15,719 nt of DNA from an uncultured Deferribacteres bacterium. Lineage in GTDB: Bacteria > Zhuqueibacterota > Zhuqueibacteria > Zhuqueibacterales > Geothermadaptataceae. Position numbers and translations under genes: made by a program. The DNA lies in the NCBI GenBank assembly GCA_964014485.1, contig CAXHAT010000182.1, forward strand, positions 1 to 15,719. Direction: 5' to 3'. A model generated the notes under the pieces. The model did no database searches and was not told the DNA's origin. It saw only the letters and a list, made by a program, of their open reading frames with translations. Shown here one piece after another: positions 12,641 through 15,719 of the stretch. Numbering within the stretch: the first letter of the stretch is position 1; each line of letters opens with the position of its first letter.

Positions 12641-15600
12641 TCACTTCATTAACGTCATCTTTTTCATCGCAACCTGGCCGTTGGCTTCGATGCGATAGAG
12701 ATAGAGGCCGCTGGTGACGCGCTTTCCGCGTTCGTCGCGAGCATCCCACTTCAGGCTGTGAACGCCTGCGGGCATGGCGCCGTTGACGAGGGTGCGAACC
12801 AGTTGACCGGCGGTGTTGTAAACCGTCAGTTTGACCGCGCCGGCTTCCGGCAATTCGAAGCGGATGAGCGTGGTCGGGTTGAACGGGTTGGGATAGTTCT
12901 GATGCAGCGTGAAGGCGCCTGGAATCACTGTCGCCAGTTCTTCATCGGCTTCTTCCGTCAGAACCGCGCGCTTCGGAATGATGTTGCTTTCATAGACTTC
13001 AAGCTCATCAATCGAATAGCGCGACTTTCTGCCCTGCGTCATGTAAACGCGGACGTAACGAGCCGTAACTTGCGCGAACGTCACTTCGTCCGTGCCTTTG
13101 TCATCACGCGTCATGCTGGCGACCGTCGTCCAGGAAGAACCGTCTGTCGAAACTTCAATGTCGAAGACTTCGGCGTAGTTCTTGGAATGCCACGCCACAG
13201 TGACGCGACCGACTGTCTCGTTCATGCCGAGATCGACCATGAACCACTCGAAGTCATTCTTCTTCTCGCTTTCCCATTCCGAGTCCATGTCGCCGTCAAC
13301 GGCGTTAGAAGCGGCGCCGTCATCGCTTGTGGAAGCGGAGACGGAAGCGTTCAAGGCCATGTTGCCGCCCGAAGGATTGAGGTTGCCGTTGCCGGTGTTC
13401 GCTGAAGCGTCAGCCGGAATCGGCAGATCAAAGATCGGGCAAGGCTTGTAGACGATGGCCTGAACCGAGCCCATGTCGATATTGTTGCTGATCGGAGTTG
13501 CGGTGCAAGCGTTCATGTCGACGACATAAAGCAAACCGTCTTTGCGGCTGGAAGCGAACACTTCGCCGTTGGCGCCGAATTCGATGCTCGTGAGGCCGTC
13601 GATTCCGGTTTCGCAAACCAGCGCGCCTTCGCCGTTGCCCTGCCAATCGATTGAATAAATGTCGCCTTCATCTTCGTCAACGCCGTAGAGCACTTTCTGT
13701 CCGTTTTCCATGCGGAAAGCCAAACCTTCAATCTGACGGTCAACTTTCTCTTCAACAATCGGATCAGCGTAGTAGCTCGTTTCGCCGGTCGCCGGATCGA
13801 TGCAGACGAGCAGGTTGGTCTTCTTCTGAACGCCGTAGAACTTGCCGGTATCGTCGCACCAGGCGAGGGATCGAATGTTATCAACGTCTTCGCCGCCTGC
13901 CGTGTGGAGATTAACGAGACTCCACGCTTCGCCGGTGATCGGGTTGACTTCCATAATCGTGGCTTGATCGCCCTTGGTGGTGATGACGTAGATTTTCAGG
14001 CCGTTGTCAGTTTCCACACAGACTGCGCCGCGCAGATTGTCCAGCGGCTCGCAGAACGGAAAGCCTTCGCCGGGCTGACCGCCGAGAACCGGGCCAAAAT
14101 ACGTTACAACGTCGGCCACGACTTCAAATGTGCCGTCCGGATCGTTCAGGTTAAAGCGAACCATCTGGCCGGGATCTTCATCGGTGAAACCGTAGACGTA
14201 AACGTCGTCGCAGAGGAAGAAGCTGCCGTCAACGGAGTTGTTGATTTCAGCGGAGATCAATGCAACAGGATCGGTCTGGTTGTCGGCCGGATTGTAGTCC
14301 GAATCCAGTTCGTCGTCCGTACCTTGATCCTGATCGCAGTCAAAAACAACGCTGTAACCTGTAACTTCAGGCTCGCAGAACTCAACGATGTACGTGCCGG
14401 GAGCAACGTCGAAGCAGTACTCGCCTTGTGCGTTCGTGGTCAGGCTTGAATTGCCGTTCAAGTCCTGAACCGGATTGCCGTTGGCGTCGAGCAGGTTGAT
14501 TTTGACGTCTTCGATGGGCTGTTCGCCGTTATCGAAAATACCGTCGCGGTTATCATCCATCCAAACGAAATTGCCGAGCTTCGCGGGCTGGGTAAAGCAG
14601 GCGTCGATGCTGTTTTCTTCTTCGCCGGGATCGATGGTGATTTGTGCGGTTTGACCCGTCGCCGGATCGTAGTCACTGTCCGCGCCGTCGTCGTTGCCTT
14701 GATCTTGCAGACAGGTGATGAAGCCCGCCGGCGTTTCAAATTCAACGATGTAGCAGCCGGGCAGAACGTTAAAGCAGTACTCGCCGTTCGCGCCGGTTTG
14801 CAGCGTCGAAGCGCCGGTCACGTCCGCGGTCGGATTGCCGTTGCAGTCGAGCAGATTAACGGTTGCGCCAACGATGGGCGGCTCGCCTTGGTCGAAAACG
14901 CCGTCGCCGTCAATATCTTCCCAAACAAAGTCGCCGATCTTGCTGGGAATAAAATAGCAAGCGTCGATGGAATTGTTGGTTTCGCCGCTGACGACCGTGA
15001 TTTGACCGGTTTGGCCGTTGGCCGGATTGTAGTCAGAATCCAATTCATCGTCGTTGCCCTGATCTTGCAGACAGGTCTGGTAGATCACGGGGTCGGGATT
15101 GACGAATTCGACAATGTAGCAGCCGGGCTTGACGTCAAAGCAGTACTCGCCGTCCGCGTTCGTGACGGTGCTGGCGTTGCCGTTAATGTCCGTTGCTGGA
15201 TTACCGTTGCAGTCGAGCAGGTTGACGGTCACACCGGGGATGCCGGGCTCGTTGCCGTTCTGAATGCCGTCCTGGTTGTAATCGTTCCACACCAGGTTGC
15301 CGATTTTGGCCGGGAGTTTGAAGGCCGCGTCGATGGAGTTGTTGGTCTCATTGCTCGTCACCGTGATCGGCGGCGTCTGGTTGTTGTTGTCCGGATCGTA
15401 ATCCGAATCGAGCTGATCGTCATTGCCCAGATCTTCGTCGCAATCCACGTAGCCCGTCGGGGTCGGGAACTTGACGATGTACGTGCCGGGCTTAACGATG
15501 AAGCAGTACTCACCGTTGGCATCGGTGGTCAGCGAAGAATTGCCGTTCAAATCCGTAACCGAACTGCCGTTTTCATCGCAGAGATTGACCGTCGCGCCCA

Positions 15601-15719
15601 CAATCGGCGGTTCGCCGTTCTGGAACACGCCGTCGCCGTTCGTGTCTTCCCAAACAAAGTTACCGATCTTGGCGGACTGTTTGAAGGCCGCATCGATGGA
15701 GTTGTTGGTTTCGCCGCTG
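12641..15719 (-). CDS. Large secreted/surface protein, 5'-truncated: SdrD-B-like repeats, probable beta-propeller, F5/8 type C (discoidin/CBM32-like) domain, and T9SS type A/FlgD-Ig-like C-terminal domain
   Basis: Frame is open to the window edge (SGETNNSIDAAFKQSAKIGNFVWEDTNGDGVFQ...), so 15628 is an internal Val. Repeats 'IG.FVW.D.N.DG....GE..I.G.TVNL.D.NG.....T.ANGEY.F...PG.YIVEF..P...D...DSD'. F5/8 domain at about 12992-13363 ('N.ALNA...S...A.NAVDGD..S.W...W..VDLG', 'ARYVR', 'SI.ELEVY'). C-terminal domain at about 12641-12916 ('LHQNYPNPFNPTT.IRF.LP', 'YN..GQLVRTL', 'WD.RD..G..V.SG.Y.YRI'). Confidence 0.9.
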   Translation of the reverse strand, partial: SGETNNSIDAAFKQSAKIGNFVWEDTNGDGVFQNGEPPIVGATVNLCDENGSSVTDLNGNSSLTTDANGEYCFIVKPGTYIVKFPTPTGYVDCDEDLGNDDQLDSDYDPDNNNQTPPITVTSNETNNSIDAAFKLPAKIGNLVWNDYNQDGIQNGNEPGIPGVTVNLLDCNGNPATDINGNASTVTNADGEYCFDVKPGCYIVEFVNPDPVIYQTCLQDQGNDDELDSDYNPANGQTGQITVVSGETNNSIDACYFIPSKIGDFVWEDIDGDGVFDQGEPPIVGATVNLLDCNGNPTADVTGASTLQTGANGEYCFNVLPGCYIVEFETPAGFITCLQDQGNDDGADSDYDPATGQTAQITIDPGEEENSIDACFTQPAKLGNFVWMDDNRDGIFDNGEQPIEDVKINLLDANGNPVQDLNGNSSLTTNAQGEYCFDVAPGTYIVEFCEPEVTGYSVVFDCDQDQGTDDELDSDYNPADNQTDPVALISAEINNSVDGSFFLCDDVYVYGFTDEDPGQMVRFNLNDPDGTFEVVADVVTYFGPVLGGQPGEGFPFCEPLDNLRGAVCVETDNGLKIYVITTKGDQATIMEVNPITGEAWSLVNLHTAGGEDVDNIRSLAWCDDTGKFYGVQKKTNLLVCIDPATGETSYYADPIVEEKVDRQIEGLAFRMENGQKVLYGVDEDEGDIYSIDWQGNGEGALVCETGIDGLTSIEFGANGEVFASSRKDGLLYVVDMNACTATPISNNIDMGSVQAIVYKPCPIFDLPIPADASANTGNGNLNPSGGNMALNASVSASTSDDGAASNAVDGDMDSEWESEKKNDFEWFMVDLGMNETVGRVTVAWHSKNYAEVFDIEVSTDGSSWTTVASMTRDDKGTDEVTFAQVTARYVRVYMTQGRKSRYSIDELEVYESNIIPKRAVLTEEADEELATVIPGAFTLHQNYPNPFNPTTLIRFELPEAGAVKLTVYNTAGQLVRTLVNGAMPAGVHSLKWDARDERGKRVTSGLYLYRIEANGQVAMKKMTLMK
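14210..15719 (-). repeat. Intragenic tandem repeats of about 360 nt (120-125 aa SdrD-B-like domains), four complete units plus the end of a fifth
   Basis: Units start at 15673 (AKIGNF), 15310 (AKIGNL), 14944 (SKIGDF) and 14584 (AKLGNF). Each ends in 'NNS(I/V)D' or 'ENSID'. Confidence 0.9.

Noticed and set aside
12388..12717. 109-aa plus-strand ORF
   Set aside because: It runs through the fold-back element and terminator and into the antisense of the large gene, with no motifs or clear RBS.
15626..15628. Start codon of the large protein at 15628
   Set aside because: It is an internal GTG (Val) within a repeat. The frame stays open to the window end and there is no signal peptide.

Overview
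Bacterial DNA, probably from the FCB superphylum or a related lineage (KSB1/Calditrichota/Ignavibacteria-like). This is inferred from a C-terminal 'QNYPNPFNPTT...' sorting domain. Bases 1-10731 are a + strand cell-surface glycan biosynthesis/modification cluster: the 3' end of an AsnB-like amidotransferase, an extended SDR epimerase/dehydratase, a hexapeptide acyltransferase, a GT4 glycosyltransferase, a NodB-type polysaccharide deacetylase, a second AsnB-like protein lacking the N-terminal glutaminase Cys, and a UPF0104/LPG-synthase-TM flippase-like protein. Two accessory inserts interrupt the cluster: an orphan RelB/DinJ antitoxin with a divergent AT-rich KAP NTPase, and a Phd-VapC toxin-antitoxin pair. 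On the - strand are a di-heme CcP/MauG-superfamily lipoprotein and the 3' part of a large secreted protein (Cys-rich SdrD-B-like repeats, a probable beta-propeller, an F5/8-type C domain and a sorting domain). The most unusual signal is non-coding. Most of the longer intergenic spacers hold a palindromic element, each of a different type: CGTC/TGTC-type and GTAG-type REP doublets, and inverted repeats built from 7-, 8-, 9- or 10-nt tandem units. Several are nested and some show compensatory changes. No transposase or recombinase is encoded in the window.
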